Positions 1-9,737 of a stretch of 19,969 bases of DNA are shown here, one piece after another. The notes beneath the pieces were generated by a model, which saw only the letters and a program-made list of their open reading frames with translations, searched no databases and was not told the DNA's origin. Every line of letters begins with the position of its first letter. Positions within the stretch are counted from its first letter, which is position 1. Location: NCBI GenBank assembly GCA_050331235.1, contig JBHJHA010000086.1:1-19969 (forward strand), read 5' to 3'. Made by a program: the position numbers and the translations under genes. The stretch is from Leptolyngbyaceae cyanobacterium (lineage in GTDB: Bacteria > Cyanobacteriota > Cyanobacteriia > Phormidesmidales > Phormidesmidaceae).

Positions 1-1711
1 TGCCGCTGTAGCCAGTGATCTCGACAATGCCATCGGTTGCGGCTTGAAAGCCAGCGTTGACATCGTTGAAAGATACAAAAGTGCGCGACTTAAACGTAAA
101 GGTGGCGGCTCCTAACGAAACAAAGGCGAGATCGGTGAGTACGGCGGCAATACTGGCTTCATCCAAGGCCGCAACAGCACCTAGCTGAGCAAGTTCGTTG
201 GCATCGACTGATGCGATCGAGATAATTAAGTCGTTGCCGATTTCGAGATCAGTAATCGTATCGAAGCCCGATAACAGAGAATCCGATAGCTCTTCGAAGA
301 CAAATTTATCGCTGTTGGTTGCAGCAGCGGCAGAAAGCAACGAGTCGTCTTGTGGCAACACATCGGTTGTTGCAGCCTCAGCCCAATCGTTGTCCTCACT
401 GCTAGTGTCGCCTGCTTCTGTTGCCAAAGGTGCCGAGCTCATCGTTACTTCTGCAAGGGGAGCCGTGACTGCTTCAACCCGTTCGGTTTCCTCCATTAGC
501 ACGGTTGTATCTGAGGTCACCGGTGACTCATCCTCCGTCGGATTAGCATCTGCAGCCGTTGTTCCGACTGCTGCCACACTAGGAACCGTTACCGTTACAT
601 CCGTTGATGCTGTGGCCTCGACAGTGGATGTTGTGGACGCTTCGAACCCCTCTGGCTCGTCGAGCAGCCCGGTTGTCGCTGCCATGGCTGGCTGGCTAGG
701 GAGGTCGTGGGGCTCACCCTCTGAAAGGACTGCTTCTTCACCAATGGCTGCTGGAGAAACCGCGGATGGCTCGCTAATCGTGGGTAGCGCTAAGAGCGCA
801 GTGGGGGCTGGCGTTTCTAACGGTGTACCTGTGTCGGCAATGACCAATAAAGAAGAGCTGCCCACATCGGTGGTGGCAACCGAAACTTCTGTGACTAACT
901 GAGCATCCGAGTCATGCACCGGGGTGGAGATGTTTGATTCGTCTAACGATGTGGGGGGAAGAGCTGTATCAAAGCGATCAATCGGCAACTCGGTTTCAGC
1001 CGCCAGTAGGGCCGGCGAGTCTTCGGCTAATGGCATCGAGGGGGGAGTGAATAAGCTGCTGGGCTCCGCCGGTTCCGGGCTTGGGGCATTTGGAGTGGCG
1101 TCAGAGGGCGGCTCGGCAGTGCCGGTGTCGTCGACCAGAGCACTTTGTTCCCCAGTCAAAATATCAGCTCCGGGCCCTCCTTGGAGGGTGTCGCTACCGG
1201 CCCCGCCGGTCAGGGTGTCATTGCCGCTACCGCCAGTTAGGGTATCGTCGCCTTCACCGCCGCTAAAGGTCACAGCGAAATCAACACTAGTAGCGACAAC
1301 GAGATCGCCCATTGGGGAGCCGACAAACGCCTCGACCTCGGCGATCGCAAAAATGGACTCAGCGATATCAATGGCTTCAACCGACTCAGTGGCATAGATT
1401 TCGTCCTGTCCGTCATCACCCGAGATTAATGGGAAGCAAATAGGATTAAACATAAACATTAATGTCATTGGATTATTACCCAACAGCTCATCAGATTCTG
1501 AGATAAAGGGGGCAAATTGGTTGTTATCGGTCAAGTAAAAAACATCGTCACCATCGCCACCGATTAGGGTATCAGCTCCCAAGCCATCAAAAATGGCATC
1601 ATTCCCCTCGCCACCGCTGATGACATCATCGCCAGTCAGGCCATAGAGGCTGTCATCCTCGGGAGTGCCGAAGAGAACATCATCTGTATCAGAACCAAAT
1701 AAAACAGCCAT
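1..1711 (-). CDS. Secreted RTX (hemolysin-type Ca-binding repeat) surface protein with C-terminal bluetail-like domain; 3' end runs off the window
   Basis: Manual translation from ATG at 1711 (GGAG just upstream) is open for 570 codons to the window edge. It reads MAVLFGSDTDDVLFGTPEDDSLYGLTGDDVISGGEGNDAIFDGLGADTLIGGDGDDVFY, then GGEGDDTLTGGSGNDTLTGGAGSDTLQGGPGADILTG (GGxGxDxLx nonapeptides), an acidic low-complexity middle, and DKFVFEELSDSLLSGFDTITDLEIGND...GAATFTFKSRTFVSFNDVNAGFQAATDGIVEITGYSG, which resembles the cyanobacterial bluetail domain (recognised from memory). Absent from the ORF track, presumably because the stop lies outside the window. Confidence 0.92.
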   Translation of the reverse strand, partial: MAVLFGSDTDDVLFGTPEDDSLYGLTGDDVISGGEGNDAIFDGLGADTLIGGDGDDVFYLTDNNQFAPFISESDELLGNNPMTLMFMFNPICFPLISGDDGQDEIYATESVEAIDIAESIFAIAEVEAFVGSPMGDLVVATSVDFAVTFSGGEGDDTLTGGSGNDTLTGGAGSDTLQGGPGADILTGEQSALVDDTGTAEPPSDATPNAPSPEPAEPSSLFTPPSMPLAEDSPALLAAETELPIDRFDTALPPTSLDESNISTPVHDSDAQLVTEVSVATTDVGSSSLLVIADTGTPLETPAPTALLALPTISEPSAVSPAAIGEEAVLSEGEPHDLPSQPAMAATTGLLDEPEGFEASTTSTVEATASTDVTVTVPSVAAVGTTAADANPTEDESPVTSDTTVLMEETERVEAVTAPLAEVTMSSAPLATEAGDTSSEDNDWAEAATTDVLPQDDSLLSAAAATNSDKFVFEELSDSLLSGFDTITDLEIGNDLIISIASVDANELAQLGAVAALDEASIAAVLTDLAFVSLGAATFTFKSRTFVSFNDVNAGFQAATDGIVEITGYSG

Positions 1712-2206
1712 TGCTCCACGGTGTCATCGTTAAGGGCATGCACACAGATATCAATTAATTTGGCATCTAGCTCTTAGGTCAACTAGCCTCCGGTGGACCA
1801 AGATAGCTGAACAGCTCATACCTACCACCTGCGCTTGATGCAGCAATACGACAATGTGCAACACAACCATCGATGACGATGGCAGCGTGTTAAACCAAGG
1901 TCTTGTCATCTCGCGCTAGAAATCAGCACCCATCGAGGCTCAGGCCGAACAAATTTTCTTGTTGAAAATACTGACGAACTGCAGCCTTGTATCTGTGACT
2001 ACCAACCATAATTTATACCGACTTTTCAGCAAACGTCAGGACATTCCCCTTTCCTCAAGGAGGTTTTGTAATGTTTTTACTGAACTTTCACGAAAGCTTC
2101 ATAGAACCTCAAAAGTTATGTAAGTGTAATTGCGGAGGGTTTATGTGATTTAAATCTATTATCTTTACGGTGCTGATGGTCGCTCACATCATGCAGAGTT
2201 GACTAG

Positions 2207-2234
2207 TTGACAGTTAGATGCTGGTCTTTATGCT
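2207..2234 (+). promoter_or_regulatory. Candidate sigma70-type promoter
   Basis: TTGACA (2207-2212), 16-nt spacer, TATGCT (2229-2234), pointing toward rnz about 335 nt away. Confidence 0.45.
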
Positions 2235-2497
2235 GAAAAATAGTGCTGCAGATTGCCGCTCGCTGGCTGTCGTCATTCCCTAGTGGACAGGGCGCTTCCA
2301 GTCTGGGCCCAATTGCCAGTGGCGCCGGGAGGGCACTGGCTGCCGGTGCGATGGGGCCGGCCCAACGGCTGCTGGGTGAATGATGGGGTGGAGCGCGATG
2401 GCGAGCCGTAGCCAGATTAGGATGCTTGTCATCGCCGGATGGCCTGGGACGAAGTCTTTTCCGGCCCTTTGCTCCTTGCTACCCTCGACGGTGGATT

Positions 2498-2524
2498 GGG
2501 TTGCCAAGATGTCTTTGGCAACCC
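2498..2524. other. Perfect 10-bp inverted repeat upstream of rnz
   Basis: GGGTTGCCAA-gatgtct-TTGGCAACCC with no U-tract on either side. Confidence 0.6.
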
Positions 2525-2569
2525 GTGTCAAGATATAAAAAGTGTCAGTGGATAGTTACGTAGAGGAGA

Positions 2570-3532
2570 GTGAGCTTGGAAATCACTTTTTTGGGGACAA
2601 GCTCTGGCGTGCCGACGCGATCGCGAAATGTGTCGAGTGTGGCCCTGCGGCTGCCTCAGCGAGGTGAGATTTGGCTGTTTGACTGTGGCGAAGGCACACA
2701 GCATCAGTTTTTGCGGAGCGATTTTAAGGCTAGCCAAATCCGCCGTATTTTTGTCACCCACATGCACGGAGACCATATTTTTGGCCTGATGGGGTTGCTG
2801 GCCAGTTGCGGTTTAGCAGGTAATCCGCAGCAAAAAGTAGATATTTACGGACCGCCTAAGCTTAATGATTATTTGCAGGCTTGTCGTCGCTATTCACAGA
2901 CACATTTCTCCTTTCCGATCAAAGTGCACACCAGTAAGCCCGGAGTCGTCTACGAGGATGATGAATTTCGGGTGAGCTGTGCTCAGCTCGAGCATCGCGT
3001 TCCAGCCCATGGTTATCGGGTCGATGAAAAGGATCGGCCTGGCCGATTTGATGTTAAGCGAGCTCAGTCTATGGGAATTCCGCCGGGACCTGTCTACGGC
3101 AAATTGAAAAATGGAGAAGTTGTGACGCTCCCTGACGGTCGGCGGATCAACGGCAAGGATCTGTGCGGTCCGACCTTGCCAGGGCGCAGTCTCGCCTACT
3201 GCACAGATACGGTTTTTTGCGATCGCGCAGTCGATCTGGCCGAGGGGGTAGACATTCTGATCCATGAAGCAACCTTTGCCCATCAAGACGCTGAGATGGC
3301 TTATCAGCGCTTGCATTCAACTTCAACCATGGCTGCACAAACCGCATTGCTAGCCCAGGCTAAGCAGCTGATCATGACGCATTTTAGTCCGCGATACGCA
3401 CCAGGAAATCCGATACAGTTACAAGATCTTCTGGAGGAAGCACGGGCCATTTTTCCCAATACTGTGATGGCGCGAGATTTTGATACCTATGCCATTAGTC
3501 GTCAAGAAGAGGCTGCCCTCGTCGCGTCTTAA
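2570..3532 (+). CDS. rnz: Ribonuclease Z (tRNA 3' endonuclease)
   Basis: [11 protein letters not shown]-terminus, DCGEGTQ, THMHGDH metallo-beta-lactamase motif, GP-rich exosite ([12 protein letters not shown]), HEATF, HST, THFSPRY. GAGGAG precedes the GTG start. Confidence 0.97.
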   Translation: MSLEITFLGTSSGVPTRSRNVSSVALRLPQRGEIWLFDCGEGTQHQFLRSDFKASQIRRIFVTHMHGDHIFGLMGLLASCGLAGNPQQKVDIYGPPKLNDYLQACRRYSQTHFSFPIKVHTSKPGVVYEDDEFRVSCAQLEHRVPAHGYRVDEKDRPGRFDVKRAQSMGIPPGPVYGKLKNGEVVTLPDGRRINGKDLCGPTLPGRSLAYCTDTVFCDRAVDLAEGVDILIHEATFAHQDAEMAYQRLHSTSTMAAQTALLAQAKQLIMTHFSPRYAPGNPIQLQDLLEEARAIFPNTVMARDFDTYAISRQEEAALVAS

Positions 3533-3811
3533 CTGGCTTGACCAGAGTTCGGCTTCTCCCCAACCCATTATGTTCCTCGCTTAGGGCCGGCTGACGGGGT
3601 GGGCAAAGCGATTCAGCCGCTGATTTCGATATCCCGCTACCCAGCCTGAGCTCCAAACGAGGCCTGGAAATTTCCTCTATGAAGCTGCTATGGGGAAGGG
3701 TGGAGAATCAGCGCAGGGATGATGAGCCGGACCCTACCGGTTGTTAAAGCTCGCCCCGCGTTGCTGCCCAAGAGTCACCCATTGGCCTCTGACCCAGAAC
3801 TAGTGCCAGCT

Positions 3812-4276
3812 TTATGCGCCAGCGGTCGGTGAATGGTCATCATGGGAAGCCATGTTGTGATAAGCGCGACGGCCGATGAGCCGCTGGCGAATATCATCCA
3901 GGTGGGTTTGGGTAGATACGGCTTCGCGAGGTTGGGGAATCTCATCGTTCGGCCAAGAGGGCAAGTCAGTGCACGGACAGGTCGGTGAGGCAATTCCTCG
4001 AACGGGCATTGGGGTTGGCATATTGCAACGGGCACAGTCCTCAATGTCGTATTGGTCACTCAGCAGCGTTGCAATGCTATCGTCGGTGCCACTAAGAAAG
4101 CTTTGTTTGGGCTCTGCCATGATGCGCTGCCAACAGGCCTGAAAAGCTGGGCTCAACTCAGCCCCTTGAAAAACGGGTGAAGGAAGACAAAGGGTATTTT
4201 CATGCTGCAATAAGACCGGCTTACCCAGTTGAAACCAGTAGGCCAAAAACGATTGAACTTGATCGACAGAAGCCAT
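3812..4276 (-). CDS. Cyanobacterial hypothetical protein with CxxC and CPC motifs
   Basis: 154-aa ORF with AGGAGA RBS; LAYWFQLGK near the N-terminus and CARC...CPC near the C-terminus; co-oriented 97 nt downstream of cobU. Confidence 0.85.
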   Translation of the reverse strand: MASVDQVQSFLAYWFQLGKPVLLQHENTLCLPSPVFQGAELSPAFQACWQRIMAEPKQSFLSGTDDSIATLLSDQYDIEDCARCNMPTPMPVRGIASPTCPCTDLPSWPNDEIPQPREAVSTQTHLDDIRQRLIGRRAYHNMASHDDHSPTAGA

Positions 4277-4373
4277 AATCTCCTACGACTCACCTAAAGT
4301 AAGTCAATTATCACGGTCAGCACTTTGCTTGATCCTAGTGAGTTCGACCCGCGGCAGGGAGATTCTTAAGGGT

Positions 4374-4958
4374 TTACACATGGTTGGGGGGGTAGGTGTC
4401 GGTCTCTACCGGGTCATTGATTGACTCAACGGCAATGCCGAGTCGCTGCAGGTCAAGGGCGAAACCGGCAACCACCAAATAACTCACCTCAACAATCGCC
4501 CCAATTTGCCGCGTTAGGCTACCCAGGCGATCGCGAAAGAGCCGCCCGGAAGCATATGCCGGTACGACTCCCCAGCCGGTTTCTTCCGCAACTAAAATCA
4601 ACAGGCCAGGAAAGTCTGCGATCGTAGTCAATAGCTGCTGGGTTTGCCGTTGCCAGTCCGCCTCACTCTGGTCGAGCTGATTAGCCACCCATGTTCCGAG
4701 CGAATCAACGAGCCAACATTCGGAGGCTGCCGCGTCGGACAAAGTGGCGACTAGTTCGACTGGGGTTTCTCGAGTTTGCCAGCCCTGCGGTCGGCGCTGG
4801 CGATGCTGGACAATACGTGCCTGCCATTCCGCATCCTGTGGGTCATGACGAGATGTCGCCACATATGTGACCGGTCGTGACGACTGACACGCCAACCGTT
4901 CGGCCCACTCACTTTTTCCTGATTTGGTAGGCCCTAACACTAAAATTTGCTGCGTCAT
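4374..4958 (-). CDS. cobU: Bifunctional adenosylcobinamide kinase / adenosylcobinamide-phosphate guanylyltransferase
   Basis: P-loop GPTKSGKS, YVATS, RIVQHRQRRP, VDSLGTW, EETGWGVVP, FRDRLG. Start placed at ATG 4958 (MTQQILVLG) because CobU/CobP begins just before the P-loop; the ORF track extends to 5033. Confidence 0.93.
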   Translation of the reverse strand: MTQQILVLGPTKSGKSEWAERLACQSSRPVTYVATSRHDPQDAEWQARIVQHRQRRPQGWQTRETPVELVATLSDAAASECWLVDSLGTWVANQLDQSEADWQRQTQQLLTTIADFPGLLILVAEETGWGVVPAYASGRLFRDRLGSLTRQIGAIVEVSYLVVAGFALDLQRLGIAVESINDPVETDTYPPNHV

Positions 4959-5109
4959 CAATCGTTTACTCCCGTGAGCTGTCGGTAATACGCTGCCCAT
5001 ATCTTCGCCTAGGCTGGTAGTGCGACAGCTCAATATCGCCAGCTTCTTGCCTCATATCGCGGCATGGCGCTACCCAAATCCTGACGCTAACGGCTGCATC
5101 GGCAGCGCC

Positions 5110-6738
5110 TTAGCGCATCAGCCCCCGCTTGCCGTTGGGATACACCGTAGACCAGTTAGTCCGAGCCAGGGCTAGTTGTTCATCGCTGATGCGAGCGCCC
5201 GTCAAATCGGCACCACACAGGTTAGCTTCCTTCAAGTTGGCATTAGAGAGGGTCGCGTATTGCAGATCAGCGCCGCGCAAATCAGCTCCCTGCAAATTGG
5301 CATTGGTAAAGTAAGCGCGTCCTAAATTGGCGCCGCGCAAAGAGGCCTGTGTCAGGTCGGCGCGGCCAAAGTTGGCATTGCTCAAATCTGAATTTTGAAA
5401 GTTGGCTTTTCTCAGCTTGGACTCTGTGAAATTGGTATCTGACAGAGCAGCCTTTGGTAAGTTGATGGCCTGAAGCAGCAAGAGGGAAAAATCACGTCGT
5501 CCTTTTTGGTAAGACTGTTTGAGCTCATCAGCATTAAGCTTGGCATTGCCTCCCGAACGGGAGCCTGTGGTCATGCGACTATTCCGCCCCTTGGCGTTGC
5601 TATTAAGGCTGTAGCGATCCGATGAAGATGCGCCCGGACCACTAACCGAACGAGCGCTAGCCCGCTCTCGTCGAGCTCGAATCGCCGCGGCCATGCGCGA
5701 TGAGGGAGAGTTGGCTGGATCTTTGTGGCCACCATTACGCAGCTCACGATAGGCGGAATTTTTTCCCTCAGCCGTTCCGGCACCATCGACGCGGCCATTG
5801 GAAGGATGAGGAAACGCCATATTCTGCGCCAGACTGTCCATGTATGGCTCAAGATCTAAATCTCGCAGGACCGCTTCAACGGTTTGATAGCGGTGACGCA
5901 CTGAGATTTCCAGCAGCTTTTGAAGGACACCGGCAAAATGATCGCTGACATGCACCAGGTTGCGCCACATCATTTCTCCAGTTGTCGGGTCGTAGTCCAA
6001 GTCTTTGGGGGACTTAGCAGTCAGTAAATAAATGCAGGTGACACCGATGGCGTAGAGATCACTCGCATAGACGGGGCGCATTGCCATTTGTTCTGGTGGA
6101 GCATAGCCCGGAGTCCCAATGGCATAGGCGGTCAATGCTGTTTGCTCGGATGTGTCTTGTGCCGGAGCCACTTTATCTTTGACTGCGCCAAAGTCAATCA
6201 AGACTAGTTTTTTGTCTTCATCTCGACGAATTAAGTTGGCTGGCTTAATGTCGCGATGGATGATCTTGCTTTCGTGGACGTATTGAATAAGCGGTAGGGC
6301 CTCGCTCAGAAATTGCCTGACCCCGGCCTCTGTAAACGGTCCCCCCTGTTTAACTTCCTGCTGTAAGGTTTTGCCATTGATGAATTCTTGAACCAGAAAG
6401 AACTCATTGTTGTTCTCAAAATAGTCGAGTAGACGAGGCAGTTGGGGATGATTGCCAATCTTGCCCAGAATCTTGGCCTCACGCTGAAATAAATCACGGG
6501 CCATATCTAGGATGTGCTGGGCCTCAGCTGAAGGGCGCAATTGCTTGACTACGCAAAGTGGGTGGCCTGGCAAGGACTCATCACGGGCCAAAAAAGTTGC
6601 ACCAAATCCGCCGCGTCCGAGTGCCCTGAGTGCCCGATAGCGACCTCGTAAACTCAGAGATGAGCCACAGGCCTGGCAATGGGTCGTCCGCGGGGGATTT
6701 TTAGGTTTAGGGCAGTCTAGATTGGTGCAGTAGCTCAT
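5110..6738 (-). CDS. spkB: Hanks-type Ser/Thr protein kinase with N-terminal 4-Cys motif and C-terminal pentapeptide repeats (SpkB-like)
   Basis: MSYCTNLDC...CQACG, GRGGFG, VVKQL, HRDIKPAN, IDFG, GTPGYAPPE, and C-terminal A(N/D)LxG repeats. The architecture matches Synechocystis SpkB; orthology is inferred from architecture only. Confidence 0.88.
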   Translation of the reverse strand: MSYCTNLDCPKPKNPPRTTHCQACGSSLSLRGRYRALRALGRGGFGATFLARDESLPGHPLCVVKQLRPSAEAQHILDMARDLFQREAKILGKIGNHPQLPRLLDYFENNNEFFLVQEFINGKTLQQEVKQGGPFTEAGVRQFLSEALPLIQYVHESKIIHRDIKPANLIRRDEDKKLVLIDFGAVKDKVAPAQDTSEQTALTAYAIGTPGYAPPEQMAMRPVYASDLYAIGVTCIYLLTAKSPKDLDYDPTTGEMMWRNLVHVSDHFAGVLQKLLEISVRHRYQTVEAVLRDLDLEPYMDSLAQNMAFPHPSNGRVDGAGTAEGKNSAYRELRNGGHKDPANSPSSRMAAAIRARRERASARSVSGPGASSSDRYSLNSNAKGRNSRMTTGSRSGGNAKLNADELKQSYQKGRRDFSLLLLQAINLPKAALSDTNFTESKLRKANFQNSDLSNANFGRADLTQASLRGANLGRAYFTNANLQGADLRGADLQYATLSNANLKEANLCGADLTGARISDEQLALARTNWSTVYPNGKRGLMR

Positions 6739-7292
6739 GCGACCTGATGTTCAATGTTTGCCCGTGCAATGCGACTAGGAACCATTGGTAAGACCACACT
6801 GTTCCGTGATGGAAAATGATTCACCCTTACCCCCATCCTATCTAGCCAGCGATTACATATACGCCTTATCAGGAGCTTAATCATGAAAGCGCGCGAGGAT
6901 AACGTCACATTAATCTAATTATTCCCACCTTCCCAGGGGGGTTCAATGCCCCTATTAAGATTCTGATATAGTTTTGCGCCTGGGTGTTGGTTGAGCGTAT
7001 CTTTACGGGCAAAATGCCGAACTGTCTTGTGATATCAAGCACGGTCAGCTGCCCGTGAAGCCTGATGGGGGCTACTTATTTAGTGAGAGCGGCAACCGGG
7101 AGTTGAGGCGATCGCGATCGCCCAAGCCATTGGCCTTTGTCTGGCTCAGCTACCCATTGAGCGCGGTCAGTTAATGCTAGGAGATTGTGGCAATTTGACA
7201 GTGTTAGGGAGCAATCCCTGGAGTAGACTGGCTGAGGAGGCACCTGTCTCAGTAGTCAACTTGCTTGTCAAAACAGTTCTAGATAAGAATCG

Positions 7293-9737
7293 ATGCGAAT
7301 TTCCCTCAATTGGCTCAAAGATATCGTTGCGACTGATTTATCGCCCGAGGAACTGGCCGATGCCCTGACGATGGCCGGCTTTGAGGTGGAGGATATTGAA
7401 GATCGGACTCAATGGGCTGATGGGGTAGTGGTGGGATATGTGACTGAGCGCCAGCCCCATCCTAACTCGGATAAGCTCAGCCTCTGTACCGTTGATATTG
7501 GGGCCGAGGAACTGTCTTCAATTGTGTGCGGTGCGGCCAATGTTCGAGCGGAGACTTATGTGCCTGTGGCCCAAGTGGGTACACACTTACCTATTCCTGA
7601 TTTAAAAATCAAGCCTCGGGAAGTGCGCGGTGTCCTCTCAGCCGGCATGATTTGTTCTTTGGCAGAGCTTGGCCTAGCCAAGGAGTCGGAAGGGATTTAT
7701 ATCTTTGAGGCGGCAAATTTGACGCCAGGGCTCGACGCCCGACCGCTTTTGGGACTCGATGATGTTGTGTTGGACGTAACCTCGACGGCAAACCGAGCTG
7801 ATGCGCTCAGTCTAGTGGGGATTGCGCGGGAGGTGGCAGCGATTACCGGGGCTGAGCTCAAGCTGCCGATCGCCCCTGCCATCGACGTGGTAGAAACTAA
7901 CGCTGAGGTGGCGATCACCCTGACCGACGAAAAGGCTTGTCCTATCTATATTGCTACGGTGCTCGAAGGGGTGAAAATTGGCCCGTCTCCAGCTTGGTTG
8001 CAGCAGCGGCTCCAAGCCTCTGGGACTCGCCCCATCAACAACATTGTTGACATCACCAATTACGTTTTGCTGGAGTGGGGGCAACCACTGCACGCATTTG
8101 ATGGCGATCGCTTGGCCGTGGCGGCTGGGGCAAAGGACTACGAATTAGGTGTCCGCTTTGGTCAGGCGGACGAGACCTTGGTGACGCTGGATAGTCAAAC
8201 GCGATCGCTAAAACCAGAAACCTTAGTGATCACCGCCAATGATCGGCCCGTAGCTTTGGCGGGCTTAATGGGCGGTGAAACGACAGAAGTGATTGACAGT
8301 ACAACGACGGTGACTCTAGAGGCAGCTTACTTTGACTCTGCGATTATTCGTAAGTCAGCACGAAGTCAGGGCTTACGAACCGAAGCTTCGGCCCGCTACG
8401 AGCGCGGTGTAAACCCGGCGGAACTTGGCCTTGCCGGCGATCGCGCGATTTATTTGATGCAAACCCTAGCGGGTGCCCAGGTGACTGCTCGGCAGGTGGC
8501 GCGTACTCCCATCGGCGAGATTAGCCCCACTCGCACAATGCCGCTACGTCTGCAGCGAGTAAGGCAAGTTTTGGGTCCAGTGACTAATCTGAGTGCAGGT
8601 AGCCCGGTGCCCATTCCAGACGCGCACATTCAGCGGGTGCTAGAAACGCTGGGCTGCCAAATTGAGGCCAGTCAGACGGATGTCTGGCAAATTACAGTAC
8701 CAGCCTTTCGCTATCGCGACCTTGAGCGTGAGATTGACCTGATTGAAGAGGTTGCGCGCATCTATGGCTATAACCATTTTGCCAATACCTTGCCGCAGGC
8801 GGCTGCGGGCGGTGTCTTGTCACCTGAAGCTGCCCTCTCACAAAAGCTGCGACAGGTTTGTCGCGGTGCCGGGCTGACTGAGCTGATTCACTACTCATTG
8901 ACTAAACCCATGTCGGCTGAGCAGGTAGTACTTGCCAACCCTTTGTTTACTGAATATTCGGCGCTGCGCACCGATTTAATTGACGGACTGGTTGAAGCCT
9001 TTAAATTCAACTTAGAGCAGGGCAATGGTCCACTCAATGGCTTTGAAATTGGCCGGATTTTCCGCCTGGAAAACGCGGTGCCTCAGGAAGCCGAAGTTGT
9101 TGGAGGGATCCTCGGAGGCGATGCCCGCCAAGGCAAATGGGTGAGCAGCGATCGCCTGCAGCCCCTTTCTTGGTTTGAGGCCAAGGGCATTTTGGATGCC
9201 ATCTTTCAACGCTTGGGGCTCGATGTCGACTATCGTCCAGACGCCCAGGATAATCGATTGCACCCGGGCCGTACGGCCTCACTGTGGGTGCGGGGCCGGC
9301 TACACCTGGGCACCTTTGGGCAACTGCATCCCCAACTGCGCCAAGCCCAAGATCTGCCTGATGAGGTTTACGTCTTTCAGCTCAACTGGTTAGCATTGGC
9401 GGTGTGTTTAGCGAGCGAACGGCGAAAGACTGTGAAGTTCAAACCATTTTCGACCTTCCCGGCTAGCGATCGCGACATTGCGTTCTACGCGCCGGTAGAT
9501 CTTGCCGTTGCTGACCTGCAAAAGGCCATGGCCAAAGCCGGAGGCAAACTGCTCACCTCTGTCACCTTGTTTGATCAATATCAGGGTGAGTCAGTCCCGG
9601 CAGGACAGCGGAGTTTGGCCTTTCGTCTGGTGTACCGAGCCCTCGACCGTACGCTGACAGACGACGATGTAGAGCCGATTCACCAAAAGGTTCGTGCGAC
9701 GTTAGAAAAGCAGTTTGAGGTCTCGTTACGGAGTTAA
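7293..9737 (+). CDS. pheT: Phenylalanine--tRNA ligase beta subunit
   Basis: MRISLNWL start, HPNSDKL/IVCGAAN tRNA-binding OB fold, [46 protein letters not shown]-terminal FDX-ACB (RDIAF...[17 protein letters not shown]). Confidence 0.98.
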   Translation: MRISLNWLKDIVATDLSPEELADALTMAGFEVEDIEDRTQWADGVVVGYVTERQPHPNSDKLSLCTVDIGAEELSSIVCGAANVRAETYVPVAQVGTHLPIPDLKIKPREVRGVLSAGMICSLAELGLAKESEGIYIFEAANLTPGLDARPLLGLDDVVLDVTSTANRADALSLVGIAREVAAITGAELKLPIAPAIDVVETNAEVAITLTDEKACPIYIATVLEGVKIGPSPAWLQQRLQASGTRPINNIVDITNYVLLEWGQPLHAFDGDRLAVAAGAKDYELGVRFGQADETLVTLDSQTRSLKPETLVITANDRPVALAGLMGGETTEVIDSTTTVTLEAAYFDSAIIRKSARSQGLRTEASARYERGVNPAELGLAGDRAIYLMQTLAGAQVTARQVARTPIGEISPTRTMPLRLQRVRQVLGPVTNLSAGSPVPIPDAHIQRVLETLGCQIEASQTDVWQITVPAFRYRDLEREIDLIEEVARIYGYNHFANTLPQAAAGGVLSPEAALSQKLRQVCRGAGLTELIHYSLTKPMSAEQVVLANPLFTEYSALRTDLIDGLVEAFKFNLEQGNGPLNGFEIGRIFRLENAVPQEAEVVGGILGGDARQGKWVSSDRLQPLSWFEAKGILDAIFQRLGLDVDYRPDAQDNRLHPGRTASLWVRGRLHLGTFGQLHPQLRQAQDLPDEVYVFQLNWLALAVCLASERRKTVKFKPFSTFPASDRDIAFYAPVDLAVADLQKAMAKAGGKLLTSVTLFDQYQGESVPAGQRSLAFRLVYRALDRTLTDDDVEPIHQKVRATLEKQFEVSLRS

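Noticed and set aside
198..1397. Plus-strand ORFs 198..902 and 924..1397 (Ser/Val/Ala-rich)
   Set aside because: Antisense shadows of the RTX gene; the SLPAPPVRV repeats are the reverse reading of GGxGxDTLT codons.
1989..2002. GTA-N8-TAC (GTATCTGTGACTAC) upstream of the RTX gene as an NtcA site
   Set aside because: A six-base match is expected by chance every few kb, and there is no correctly spaced -10.
2280..2531. 83-aa minus-strand ORF in the rnz upstream region
   Set aside because: No recognisable motif or RBS; composition looks non-coding.
4959..5109. Cobalamin riboswitch or N-terminal extension ahead of cobU
   Set aside because: No B12-box-like motifs recognised; the extra 25 codons precede the usual CobU start.
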